Source: Euprymna scolopes (lineage: Eukaryota). Taken from it: 64,000 nt of DNA. The notes under the pieces were generated by a model. That model had not been told where the DNA came from. It did not search any database and was given only the letters and a program-made list of their open reading frames with translations. Below, piece by piece: positions 37,090 to 49,034 of the stretch (position 1 is the first letter of the stretch; each line of letters starts with the position of its first letter). Location: assembly GCA_053919585.1 (NCBI GenBank), contig CM132789.1; one strand, 5' to 3'. The translations under genes and the position numbers were made by a program.

Positions 37090-38683
37090 TAACTTTCCGG
37101 GTTAAATATAAATTCAGTGTCCCTGTGTTGATAACTGTTTTCTGCTGTGAAGGCCATAAAAATTCCCTTTCAATTTTTTAAATAGTAAAATGAAACAAGT
37201 TTTTTCTTTTTCATTTCTCACTTTGAAATGTTTTTTTACTACAAGTTTTATTTCTAATAGAAAAATGAAATGCAAAAATGGTTTCATAAATATATTTTTA
37301 TAAAATTTAAAATAAAGACTCTTTTATGATGTTTGATTTAAAAATAAAGATTAACGATGTTCAAATAAAGATTATTTTTTATGTTTGATTTAAAAAACAA
37401 AATTAACAACTTATTTTTAGTCCACAGACAAAAGGAGGGTGGACCTGTAAATTCACCCTTGGCCATTTGTCCGTTTGTCTGACCGCACTTTTCTCATGGG
37501 ATTTTTTGAAATTTTGCACAAGCATTAAACATGATATGAGTAAAAAAGTAAGAGAACGGATTTTCTGGGAAAACTCTGGTTGCCCCCGTAGGGATGCCTT
37601 TTGAGTTAAAAATGGTTAAAATGGACACTTATGTTCATTAAAAAAAAAAAAAATTGATGAGTTGGATTTTTATAAAATTGCTTAAAAATTCTAACTAACT
37701 GATTTCTATATAATTTTGTTTATCTATACTTTGCGATAACTCTTTGTTGTGCCCCAAGGGCTCTTTTTGGGCTAATAAAAACACTCCATTTGGTGGACTA
37801 TTTTACCATATTTGTCAGAAATTTTCTGTGTATATCTATTTAGCAATTTTGCATGGTGTTGAACTCAAATTTAAATATGTTAAGGCCTTGGGACTTTTGA
37901 GGATAAATGGGGGGGGGCAAATGATGGACTTAGTCATCTCTTTTTTTGCATGGTGCAGAACTCAAATTTACATATGCTAGCGCCTAAAACTGCACAGTTT
38001 GTTCATTTTCACCAGGATTTGACGTCCCCTGGGGACTTTTGGGCCTAAGTGGGGGAGGGGGCAATAAATGCTAAACTTAGTCATTTTTATGCCTCGTTCA
38101 ATGTGCACTCATGGTGGACCGTGCATGCTTCACTTGTTTTATGTTTGATTAAAAAAAAAAAATATGAAAAAAAAGACCATTTTCATGCAAAGTACTTTTA
38201 AAATATATTTTTGTTCATTTGCTAATTTTAAAAATATTTTAAAAATAACAAATATTTTTGGTACTTATGCAGAGAAAGTATCGTGCAGTTTTTTTTTTAA
38301 GTTTTTTTTATAGAACTTTCAAATTAAATTTACATTTTACGGTATCTTTTATTCATTAAATTGTTATTTGAAAGTACAGAATGGTTACAAAACAGCCTCC
38401 TCCCCCGTTGTTAAGAATGGGTTTCTAAGTAATAACGTTATTATTTCAGAACGGTACTTTCTCTGCATAAGTATTATATTTTTTATTATAATATAAACGT
38501 GTAGTAAAAAATAAAAAAATTTCAAAGTGAGTAATGAAAAAGAACCTCGTTTCATTTTACTAGGGGGGGGGGGGCTTGTAGAGGGTTTTTTTTTACAGTC
38601 TTCACCATCCAGTCGACAGCATCACAGAAAGCCTTTATCAATACAGTGATGCCGACCTTGAATTTAACCGACTTATGAAAGTT
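37090..38683. mobile_element. Foldback/MITE-like DNA element with ~180-bp imperfect terminal inverted repeats
   Basis: 37090-37260 is the reverse complement of 38483-38683 (ggttaaat, ctgt.ttgataa, gtgaag, tagtaaaatgaaac, tttttcatt.ctcactttgaaat). Inner inverted repeat at 38263-38283 / 38453-38473. Confidence 0.7.
37418..38136 (+). mobile_element. Helentron-associated non-autonomous element (HINE/DINE-1/pearl-like) nested in the foldback element
   Basis: Inserted in a T run. 5' gtccac...gtggac palindrome, gtcc/gtct micro-repeat, internal repeats, 3' subTIR ggtggac and a short hairpin followed by cttgtt. Confidence 0.65.
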
Positions 38684-38738
38684 TTTTTTATCTAATGAGT
38701 ACAATTCTATATGTTATAGAAACTGTAATAACAATGAG

Positions 38739-38771
38739 ATCTTCTTGGCCTTTTGGCTAGGAGCAAAGTGT
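38739..38771 (+). pseudogene. RNU2: U2 snRNA 5' fragment (about nt 1-34), retroposed
   Basis: atcttcttggccttttggctaggagcaaagtgt aligns to U2 ATCGCTTCTCGGCCTTTTGGCTAAGATCAAGTGT. Confidence 0.75.
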
Positions 38772-38940
38772 CTACACTTCGCCTTTTTTGTCCTCAGTCA
38801 GTGGAGGAGAAATCCCTCATGACTGAGGCAATTTTTACGTTTGTTTCTATCCAGAGCGTCTCTTTTTGGCGAGCTGGATTTTCCCCACATTAAAAACTGA
38901 CCTTGTGTCTAACTTTTCCTGCATGGGGAGGTAAGTAAAT
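38772..38940 (+). repeat. Short retroposon family A copy fused to the U2 fragment
   Basis: Matches the reverse complement of 25480-25657. The U2+SINE unit is flanked by the imperfect TSD aataacaatgagat (38727-38740) / aagaacaataagat (38941-38954). Confidence 0.75.
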
Positions 38941-39659
38941 AAGAACAATAAGATTTCATATGGTTACTCATTTTGTAGTGATTATATCAAATATTGCTTA
39001 ACTAATACATTGGAAACATATTGTGAAAGTGGCTTTAATACCGAAAAATGTGTTCAAGATAAATATTTTACAAAAAAAAAAAAAAAAAACGCTTACAGTA
39101 ATGGTGATTCTGACAGTTGGGCTACTTAGGCCTAGCCTAACCCTTCCTTAACAATATTTCAAACAAACAAGAAATACTTCTGTTATGTTGGGTTCACATA
39201 TTTTCATTTGACCTATCAAGAATAACTTTTTCTGGAATTGATTTGAGCTGATTGCTAATGCTATAAACATAACTTTTTATTAGATAGTGAAAGAATGGTG
39301 GGGGAGAGGGGACTGAAAGATGTCAAAAGCTCTGATTGGGCATAATAAGACCATTTGTTAGGAGAGAGGAGCATTTTGAAATACTGAGTTGTTCAATTTT
39401 GTATTTTATGTTTACCATCAGTGGAAGTGGGGGGGGGGAGGTGTAAATATTCAGCATTGTTAAAGTTAATCAATTCATCCAAAGGAAACTTCTAACTTTG
39501 AAACCTAAATGGCAATCCAGTTGACCATGTAGAATTCAGATACAAGACAATATTCTAATTTGTTTGTTATGATCAGCATTTGTTTCAATTTCAGTAATAA
39601 CACTAAGGTTTTTTTTGGGGGGGGGGGATTAAGTTTTATTATCTAAAGCTTATTAAGGC

Positions 39660-40055
39660 GAAAAGCCATAAGGATTAAGGTGATTGAATGACTGTGAGCC
39701 GAGAGATGAAGAACACTATGAGAGAACTAACATTGGTCAAATTTATGAACTGCATTTACATATGGGGTGATTTATGACTGGAATTTCTTAACATTGGATT
39801 TAAAGACAAAGTTCTAATCAATAGAGAAGCAGTCTTACAGTAATGTGTTCAACAGGTGGAAAGCTTTGTTCATGAAAATTCCATCTGACACTAGACACAT
39901 GAAGGGAGAAAGGAAAGCCATTTTTTAGTGGTAAAAAGATGAGTTTTTACTGTGAATGTCTTATAAAGAGAGACCAAAGATTAGAGCTCAATCGAATACC
40001 TTCCATGGAAATAATGATAGAATAGAGAAAGACTAACAATCTCTAAGTAGGGAAA
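39660..40055 (-). mobile_element. Old CR1/L2-type LINE 3' fragment
   Basis: Reverse complement SLSLFYHYFHGRYSIEL, aaagctttgttcatg (HEQSF), VFKSNV, and a decayed 3'UTR. Confidence 0.7.
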
Positions 40056-40639
40056 CGAAGAGTTCACTCGCTTGCCCCCTAGATTTTGGAGTTGATATAA
40101 TATCTTGTCAAAACAAGAAAGTGTACACTGTGTGGAATCTTCCCAGATGTGGCCACTGCATGGATTTGGAGTAACTCATTGTTTTATGAGTTGGAGGTTT
40201 TAAAATTTCAAAAGTTTGAGTAAATCCATTGAAAATTTTGAGAAGAATTTTTTTATTTAATCCACGAGGGTAATTTGGTCTCATTCCCTTAAGCATGACC
40301 AGGTAGTCTGAATAATACAAATTATCAATCCTCGTTTAAAAAATTAGGAAACAAAATTTAAACCGTCCACTGAGAGAAGATGAAGGGGAAAAAAGTACAA
40401 AAAAGAATAAAGCAAAAATATGTGGCATTAATTATCTGATGAGTTAATGCTCTTCAAAGAGGTTGCATAAGATGAGAAAGAGAAGATGTCTTTTTTTGTT
40501 TCTTTTTTCACCGATCATTATTCGGAGGAATGCAAAGATCTATATGTTTAGAGTAAAAACACTAAAAATATTGACATACACATAAATGCTGATAGAAAAA
40601 GATGAATCTATTTGATTGGCAGGATTTCGCTTGCAACCT

Positions 40640-41640
40640 TTTTTAAATCACAGATTACTGATATGAATTTCTTGGTTTAGGATGGAATCCAAGATTTTTG
40701 TCTTATCATTCCTTAAAGTGGTATCCTGTCTTGCCTTTTCAATATGGACAACTGATTTTAAAATATCGAACTGATCAGTCCAAAGCTTTCAACAAAGTCG
40801 ATCATTGTTTTTTTTTGTTTTTGTTTTAAAGCTTGTAAACCGAGCTTCCACAAATGTATCTCCATTCTGTATTTCTCCCCAACGGCAATAGTGCAGGTAA
40901 TCAAAAAACATTCAAAATCTACTAACTTCCGGTTGGTGCATTAGGGCTGTCCTTTGTCACCCCTGTTCTACATTTTTGCATTGCCCAGGAATGGGGTTGT
41001 AAATTCGGTCCGACATAGAAACACTTTGTTTAGCAGGGCACAAATAAGGGTTTCCGCATTCACCGTCTTTGTGTTATGCTATGAAACATCAAGATAATAA
41101 AGGTACTCATCAATTAAAAAATGACCACAAAGTCTAAAATCAACTGCAGCAAGTCGATTGGCCTGCGGTTGATTCCCTAAAGCAGTTTGAATCCTTAGCA
41201 AATGGTATAGACTGTGCTTCCAGCTTGTGAACAAAGGTTGAAGCATGTTAAGATTTGCTTTGAACGAAACTCTCTGAAGCATGCACCTCTTATGTTTTTC
41301 CGCTTATTCTTTACTAACTGTCTGTAAACTACTCAAACGCCCTCTAGCACTTTTTATCCTGGCTTATCTGAGACGGGAAAGCACTGGATTTGCAAAAACG
41401 TTTTTATTCAACCCCTGTGTGAAGGAGGTATGGGATACCTGACTTGACATGTAATCAACATACCAAGAAACTAGCTTTCTTGAGTTGAACTTTGACAGAG
41501 GAATCCATTAGGATCACAAAAATTGATAGCACCTTTCCAACCTCATTCATGACTATTCAGTTGAGAGGCAAATCAGTTCTTCAGAGAGTGCCTAGCTGTG
41601 CCATAAAAAGCTTCCTTGGTCCAGTGACCTTTACAGTCTT
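40640..41640 (+). pseudogene. L1/Tx1-clade non-LTR RT remnant
   Basis: Translation DQSKAFNKVDH, VH*GCPLSPLFYIFAL (QGCPLSP motif) and QPLCEGGMG(I)PDL. Confidence 0.75.
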
Positions 41641-41689
41641 CTAGATAAGAGATTAATTAGGGTGGTAACTGAAAATCCATTCGATGAAT

Positions 41690-44600
41690 GGGGAAAAAAA
41701 GGGAAGATAGAGGGCAGAAGAGAGAGAAGGGGAAAAAGAGAAAACAGAAAAGAGAGGATGAAAAAGAAGATAGAGAAATGGAAAAACAAGGACAGAAGAA
41801 AAGGAAGGAGAGAACAGATGGCAGAGAAGAGATAAGGAGAGAAGAGAGGGCAGCGGAGAGATAAGGGGAGAAGAGAGGGCAGCGGAGAGATAAGGGGAGA
41901 AGAGAGGTAAGAGAAGAGATGAGGAGAGATAAGGGGAGAAGAGAGGGCAGAGAAGAGATGAGGAGAGATAAGGGGAGAAGAGAGGGCAGAGAAGAGATGA
42001 GGAGAGATAAGGGGAGAAGAAGAGAGGGCAGAGAAGAGATGAGGAGAGATAAGGGGAGAAGAGAGGGCAGAGAAGAGATGAGGAGAGATAAGGGGAGAAG
42101 AGAGGGCAGAGAAGAGATGAGGAGAGATAAGGGGAGAAGAGAGGGCAGAGAAGAGATGAGGAGAGATAAGGGGAGAAGAGAGGGCAGAGAAGAGATGAGG
42201 AGAGATAAGGGGAGAAGAGAGAGAGATGGGGAGAAGAGAGGGCAGAAGAGAGAGAGAGATGGGGAAAAAGAGAAAACAGAAAAGAGGATGAAAAGAAGAT
42301 AGAGAGATGGGGAGGCCAGAAGAGAGAGATGGGGAAGCCAGAAGAGAGGGGGAGTAGAGAGGGCAGAGGAGGGAGAGATGGGGAGAAAAGAGAGAGAAAG
42401 ATGGGGAGAAAAGAGGGGGAGAAGAGAGAGAGAGAGATGGGGAGAAAAGAGAGAGAGAGATGGGGAGAAGAGAGAAGGAGAGATGGGGAGAAGAGAGAAG
42501 GAGAGATGGGGAGAAGAGAGAAGGAGAGATGGGGAGAAGAGAGAAGGAGAGATGGGGAGAAGAGAGAAGGAAAGATGGGGAGAAGAGAGAAGGAAAGATG
42601 GGGAGAAGAGAGAAGGAAAGATGGGGAGAAGAGAGAAGGAAAGATGGGGAGAAGAGAGAAGGAAAGATGGGGAGAAGAGAGAAGGAGAGATGGGGAGAAG
42701 AGAGAAGGAGAGATGGGGAGAAGAGAGAAGGAGAGATGGGGAGAAGAGAGAAGGAGAAATGGGGAGAAGAGAGAAGGAGAAATGGGGAGAAGAGAGAAGG
42801 AGAAATGGGGAGAAGAGAGAAGGAGAGATGGGGAGAAGAGAGAAGGAGAGATGGGGAGAAGAGAGAAGGAGAGATGGGGAGAAGAGAGAAGGAGAGATGG
42901 GGAGAAGAGAGAAGGAGAAATGGGGAGAAGAGAGAAGGAGAGACGGGGAGAAGAGAGAAGGAGAGACGGGGAGAAGAGAGAGAGAGATGGGGAGAAGAGA
43001 GAGAGAGATAGGGAGAAGAGAGAGAGAGATGGGGAGAAGAGAGAGAGAGAGATGGGGAGAAGAGAGAGAGAGAGATGGGGAGAAGAGAGAGAGAGAGAGA
43101 TGGGGAGAAGAGAGAGAGAGAGATGGGGAGAAGAGAGAGAGAGAGAGATGGGGAGAAGAGAGAGAGAGAGAGATGGGGAGAAGAGAGAGAGAGAGAGATG
43201 GGGAGAAGAGATAGAGAGATGGGGAGAAGAGAGAGAGAGAGATGGGGAGAAGAGAGAGAAAGAGAGATGGGGAGAAGAGAGAGGGAGATGGGGAGAAGAG
43301 AGAGAGAGATGGGCAGAAGAGATAGAGATGGGGAGAAGAGATAGAGATGGGGAGAAGAGAGGGCAGAAGAGAGAGAGATGGGGATAAGAAAGGGCAGAAG
43401 AGAGAGAGATGGGGATAAGAGAGGGCAGAAGAGAGAGAGATGGGGATAAGAGAGAGCAGAAGAGAGAGAGATGGGGATAAGAGAGAGCAGAAGAGAGAGA
43501 GATGGGGATAAGAGAGGGCAGAAGAGAGAGAGATGGGGATAAGAGAGGGCAGAAGAGAGAGAGATGGGGATAAGAGAGGGCAGAAGAGAGAGAGATGGGG
43601 ATAAGAGAGGGCAGAAGAGAGAGAGATGGGGATAAGAGAGGGCAGAAGAGAGAGAGATGGGGATAAGAGAGGGCAGAAGAGAGAGAGATGGGGATAAGAG
43701 AGGGCAGAAGAGAGAGAGATGGGGATAAGAGAGGGCAGAAGAGAGAGAGATGGGGATAAGAGAGGGCAGAAGAGAGAGAGAGATGGGCAGGCCAGAAGAG
43801 AGAGAGATGGGGAGAAGAGGGGCCAGAAGAGAGAGATGGGGAGAAGAGGAGCCAGAAGAGAGAGAGATGGGGAGAAGAGGGACCAGAAGAGAGAGAGATG
43901 GGGAGAAGAGGGGCCAGAAGAGAGAGAGATGGGGAGAAGAGGGGCCAGAAGAGAAAGAGATGGGGAGAAGAGGGGCCAAAAGAGAGGGAGAGATTGGGAG
44001 AAGAGGGGCCAGAAGAGAGAGAGAGATGGGGANNNNNNNNNNNNNNNNNNNNNNNNNNNNNNNNNNNNNNNNNNNNNNNNNNNNNNNNNNNNNNNNNNNN
44101 NNNNNNNNNNNNNNNNNNNNNNNNNNNNNNNNNNNNNNNNNNNNNNNNNNNNNNNNNNNNNNNNNNNNNNNNNNNNNNNNNNNNNNNNNNNNNNNNNNNN
44201 NNNNNNNNNNNNNNNNNNNNNNNNNNNNNNNNNNNNNNNNNNNNNNNNNNNNNNNNNNNNNNNNNNNNNNNNNNNNNNNNNNNNNNNNNNNNNNNNNNNN
44301 NNNNNNNNNNNNNNNNNNNNGAGAGAGAGATGGGGAGAAGAGGGGCCAGAAGAGAGAGAGAGAGAGAGAGATGGGGAGAAGAGGGGCCAGAAGAGAGAGA
44401 GATGGGGAGAAGAGGGGCCAGAAGAGAGAGAGAGAGAGAGAGATGGGGAGAAGAGGGGCCAGAAGAGAGAGAGAGAGAGAGAGAGAGATGGGGAGAAGAG
44501 GGGCCAGAAGAGAGAGAGAGAGACGAGGAGGGCAGAAGAGAGAGAGAGACGAGGACGGCAGAAGAGAGAGAGAGACGAGGAGGGCAGAAGAGAGAGAGAG

Positions 44601-46265
44601 ACGAGGAGGGCAGAAGAGAGAGAGAGACGAGGACGGCAGAAGAGAGAGAGAGACGAGGACGGCAGAAGAGAGAGAGAGAGAGACGAGGACGGCAGAAGAG
44701 AGAGAGAGAGAGACGAGGACGGCAGAAGAGAAAGAGAGAGACGAGGACGGCAGAAGAGAGAGAGAGAGACGAGGACGGCAGAAGAGAGAGAGAGAGACGA
44801 GGACGGCAGAAGAGAGAGAGAGACGAGGACGGCAGAAGAGAGAGAGAGACGGGGAGGGCAGAAGAGAGAGAGAGAGACGGGGAGGGCAGAAGAGAGAGAG
44901 AGAGACGGGGAGGGCAGAAGAGAGAGAGAGAGACGGGGAGGGCAGAAGAGAGAGAGAGAGACGGGGAGGGCAGAAGAGAGAGAGAGAGACGGGGAGGGCA
45001 GAAGAGAGAGAGAGAGACGGGGAGGGCAGAAGAGAGAGAGAGAGACGGGGAGGGCAGAAGAGAGAGAGAGAGACGGGGAGGGCAGAAGAGAGAGAGACGG
45101 GGAGGGCAGAAGAGAGAGAGAGAGACGGGGAGGGCAGAAGAGAGAGAGAGAGACGGGGAGGGCAGAAGAGAGAGAGAGAGACGGGGAGGGCAGAAGAGAG
45201 AGAGAGAGACGGGGAGGGCAGAAGAGAGAGAGAGAGACGGGGAGGGCAGAAGAGAGAGAGAGAGACGGGGAGGGCAGAAGAGAGAGAGAGAGACGGGGAG
45301 GGCAGAAGAGAGAGAGAGAGACGGGGAGGGCAGAAGAGAGAGAGAGAGACGGGGAGGGCAGAAGAGAGAGAGAGAGACGGGGAGGGCAGAAGAGAGAGAG
45401 AGAGACGGGGAGGGCAGAAGAGAGAGAGAGAGACGGGGAGGGCAGAAGAGAGAGAGAGACGGGGAGGGCAGAAGAGAGAGAGAGACGGGGAGGGCAGAAG
45501 AGAGAGAGAGACGGGGAGGGCAGAAGAGAGAGAGAGACGGGGAGGGCAGAAGAGAGAGAGAGACGGGGAGGGCAGAAGAGAGAGAGAGACGGGGAGGGCA
45601 GAAGAGAGAGAGAGACGGGGAGGGCAGAAGAGAGAGAGAGACGGGGAGGGCAGAAGAGAGAGAGAGACGGGGAGGGCAGAAGAGAGAGAGACGGGGAGGG
45701 CAGAAGAGAGAGAGACGGGGAGGGCAGAAGAGAGAGACGGGGAGGGCAGAAGAGAGAGAGATGGGGAGGGCAGAAGAGAGAGATGGGGAGGGCAGAAGAG
45801 AGAGATGGGGAGGGCAGAAGAGAGAGATGGGGAGGGCAGAAGAGAGAGATGGGGAGGGCAGAAGAGAGAGAGATGGGGAGGGCAGAAGAGAGAGAGATGG
45901 GGAGGGCAGAAGAGAGAGAGATGGGGAGGTCAGAAGAGAGAGAGATGGGGAGGTCAGAAGAGAGAGAGATGGGGAGGTCAGAAGAGAGAGAGATTGGGAG
46001 GGCAGAAGAGAGAGAGATGGGGAGGGCAGAAGAGAGAGAGATGGGGAGGGCAGAAGAGAGAGAGATGGGGAGGGCAGAAGAGAGAGAGATGGGGAGGTCA
46101 GAAGAGAGAGAGATTGGGAGAAGAGAGGGCAGAAGAGAGAGAGATGGGGAGAAGAGAGGGCAGAAGAGAGAGAGATGGGGAGAAGAGAGGGCAGAAGAAA
46201 GAGAGAAAGGCAGAAGGGGAAGTTAAGAGAAAGGGAGAAGAGAATGGAATATAAGAGGGAGAAAT
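41690..46265 (+). repeat. ~4.5-kb polypurine GA-rich compound minisatellite (contains a gap at 44033-44320)
   Basis: Successive sub-arrays with 39-bp, 23-bp, 31-bp, 28/26-bp and ~24-26-bp units built from GGGGA, GGGCAGAA and (GA)n. Confidence 0.97.
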
Positions 46266-46924
46266 TGAATAAGTAAGAGCAATGAAAGTAAGGAAGCAGA
46301 TGATTTTGTTATCATTGTTTCACGCCATTATTGCTGGCAAAAGAGAATTGCGCTGTGTTGTGTTTCGAGAAGAAAGAGAAAATTTGTTCAAGAAAATGTT
46401 GCCATAATCTTGCCAACATAGACGAGCTGATTCTATTCTTTTCGCGAAATATTACAATTGATATGAAGCGACTGTGTTAATCCACACAGCAGCTTTAGAA
46501 AAGTTTCCACATCTTGCAAAGTTTACGCTAAATGAAGATAATCCCAAAACCAAAATCTTTTAAGGATTCGTTTAAAATCAGTTGCTCGATGATTAGATCG
46601 ACAGAAATGGAAGCCACAATAAGGAAATAAAATAAATAAAACAATATCAAACATTGTTTTTTTGTTTTGTTGTTGCTTTTTAGCAAAAACGTGATTATCT
46701 TGAATGAGCATGCACATTTCTGCATATGTATGTGTGTGTGAGGTTAGTGACAGAGAACCTAAGCAAAGTGTTTAATCATTAAGAAAATTCAAAAATAAAA
46801 ATCATAATTATTTATATATGTATTACAGACCATCAGTACTATCGGTTTCAAATTCAAACAAAGTGATCTATAGTTGTTCTCTTGTACAACACTTTTTTCT
46901 ATGTCTGCTTATGTCAGTCTCCTC

Positions 46925-47125
46925 AGATTTTATTTTCCAGGGTGACAGACATAAACAGAAGCTGAATATCAGTACAATCAGGGAAGCAGATAGCAGGAAG
47001 GGAATTCCAAAGTCTAACTGTTTGAGGGAAGAAACTTTTCTGACATTTAGGGACTGCAGCCATGAAGGGGTGTAATTTTGTTGCTAAGCTGGTTTGTCGG
47101 GCATATGCACGTCGAGGGAGCACAT
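46925..47125 (-). mobile_element. CR1/L2-type LINE family 2, 3' fragment
   Basis: Translation RQTSLATKLHPF..VPKCQKSFFPQTVRLWNSLPAICFPDCTDIQ. Confidence 0.8.
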
Positions 47126-47601
47126 TACTTTGATTCCATACAAATTCATATCCTGTGACGTATGTTTTAAGACATCTTACTTGCATTACTAAAACTAAGT
47201 CTCTTTATTTCTATATTATTATTATTACTTATATAAGTGTATTATTATTCTTTCATAAAAATGATGCAACTTATTATTTTGCAGAATAACTTGAGTGTTT
47301 ATGCTGTGTACAAATGATCAATCTGACAGGAGAGCCACTTCTTCTCTAAATGCTTACAGAGACATTATGAAATATTAAATAGTGGTTGAATCAACCTAGA
47401 GTAAGAGTACCGCTAGAAATACATAAGTAGCTAAAAGAATGGATAACTTAGTTAATTATAAATCATGAATAATTAAAAACTTTATAAACATAATTCCATA
47501 ACTAAAGTATATTTTAGCATATATTTTCTTACTAAAATATGTGTAAAACGCCTTCGGGAAACAAACGTTTATTAACTTAAATTTAGTATGCATCTCTCTT
47601 T

Positions 47602-47647
<46 letters not shown>

Positions 47648-48039
47648 TAGCAGGAAGACCCGACATTGAATGATAATCAACGAATGTTTCACACTCCTAT
47701 ATTTTTCTTTTCATCAAAATCGGTACTATCGTCCATTGTTAAAATCGAATAGATTGATTTCCTGCTCTAGTTGAGGACTTATGATGCACGGGAAGGAGGC
47801 TTCACATTCCTCCCCGCAATGATTTAGTCCACAATACATTATAGTCTACACTGCACTGTAGAGAACCTACTGTTTATCTTATATACCTGGCCTTACTGCT
47901 TGTGCAGTGATGATGGCTTAAATTTAAAATTTTTAAAATGGGGAAAGCGATTAAAATAAAGCAACGTCATATTGCTTAGTCTCTAGGATCTTTGATTAAT
48001 ATATATCACCAATACTTTTTCTCACCAGATGAACAAAAA

Positions 48040-48330
48040 AAACGAGTTCCATCCCCAGTCTAAGCATGGCCATTTTGTTTGATTACATTAAAGGGAAACG
48101 AGCTTAGTCTTGGCAGCATTGAACTTTACCATCCACTTTTGATCCCATTTCACTACAGAATGCTCTGCTGAGGTTGCTCCAATTCTCTCCAAACTTTTCA
48201 ACAAGTGCCTTAACGAATCATGCTTTCTTGACTCCTGGAAAATTGTTTCTGTTTACAAAAATTCTGGCGAAAGAACTGACCCATTAAATTATTGCATGAT
48301 TAGCCTCCTCCCTCTTTTCATCAAATATTT
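48040..48330 (+). mobile_element. CR1/L2-type LINE family 2 internal RT fragment
   Basis: Translation CSAEVAPILSKLFNKCLNESCFLDSWK..KNSGERTDPLNY, colinear with 21940-22115. Confidence 0.8.
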
Positions 48331-48472
48331 CTCATATGTTATATCTTCCCTCTTTTGGAAATAGGATATGATTATGAATATCAGTATCCAGTATCAAATA
48401 ATTTTTATACACTGATATTTGCTTTATGTGTGAAAACCAAAGAGAGAAGATATAATATATGAGAAATATTTG
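48322..48472. repeat. Inverted repeat/hairpin (36-bp arms), MITE-like
   Basis: caaatatttctcatatgttatatcttccctcttttgg / ccaaagagagaagatataatatatgagaaatatttg. Confidence 0.8.
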
Positions 48473-49034
48473 GAATCAAGTCTCCCCCTTGCTGTTATTT
48501 CAGATCATTTGAAACCAGAGCAGCAAGTTTTAGTCTCCCCACCATCAAGGCCAATGGTTTAGTGGAAATATCAGATTTTGTAATTCATATGCAAAACTAG
48601 GAAAACAAAGGCCTATGTTTGAAACATTTTATAGCTGTAAAAAATGTAAATATAGCTCTTGATAATAGACGATCCCTTAATATACGACTTTAAGAGCAAA
48701 TGTCACATAGCCCACTACACAATTCAGGTCATGACCTTTCCAACGAGCCTTTATTTGTAACATTCTAATCAATAGTCACTGAGATTTAGACCTTATAAGA
48801 TTACCAAAAAAAAAAAAAAGAAAAAAACTGGTATACCTATATATTAGTGGCCTGGCAATGCCAAAGGGGGAGACAATCATGCAAAGAAAAACCTGAAGCA
48901 AAATACATCCTAAAGCAGCAAAACTCAACTGGCTTGCCAGGAAACTATATATACAAATTTGGGCATATTTTATTGGTTTGAAAATATAGGTTCTTTTTTA
49001 CCAATTGTCATAAAATTTTAATCATAGAATAGTA

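Noticed and set aside
38739-38771. Functional U2 snRNA gene
   Set aside because: Only ~34 of ~190 nt are present, they are mutated, there is no Sm site, and the fragment is fused to a repeat.
41820-45750. CRISPR-like regular repeats
   Set aside because: There are no unique spacers and no cas genes, and the context is eukaryotic.
41631-46276. Very long ORFs (up to 835 aa) on both strands
   Set aside because: They are a by-product of a stop-poor GA minisatellite, open in several frames at once and spanning an N gap. There is no domain or codon evidence.
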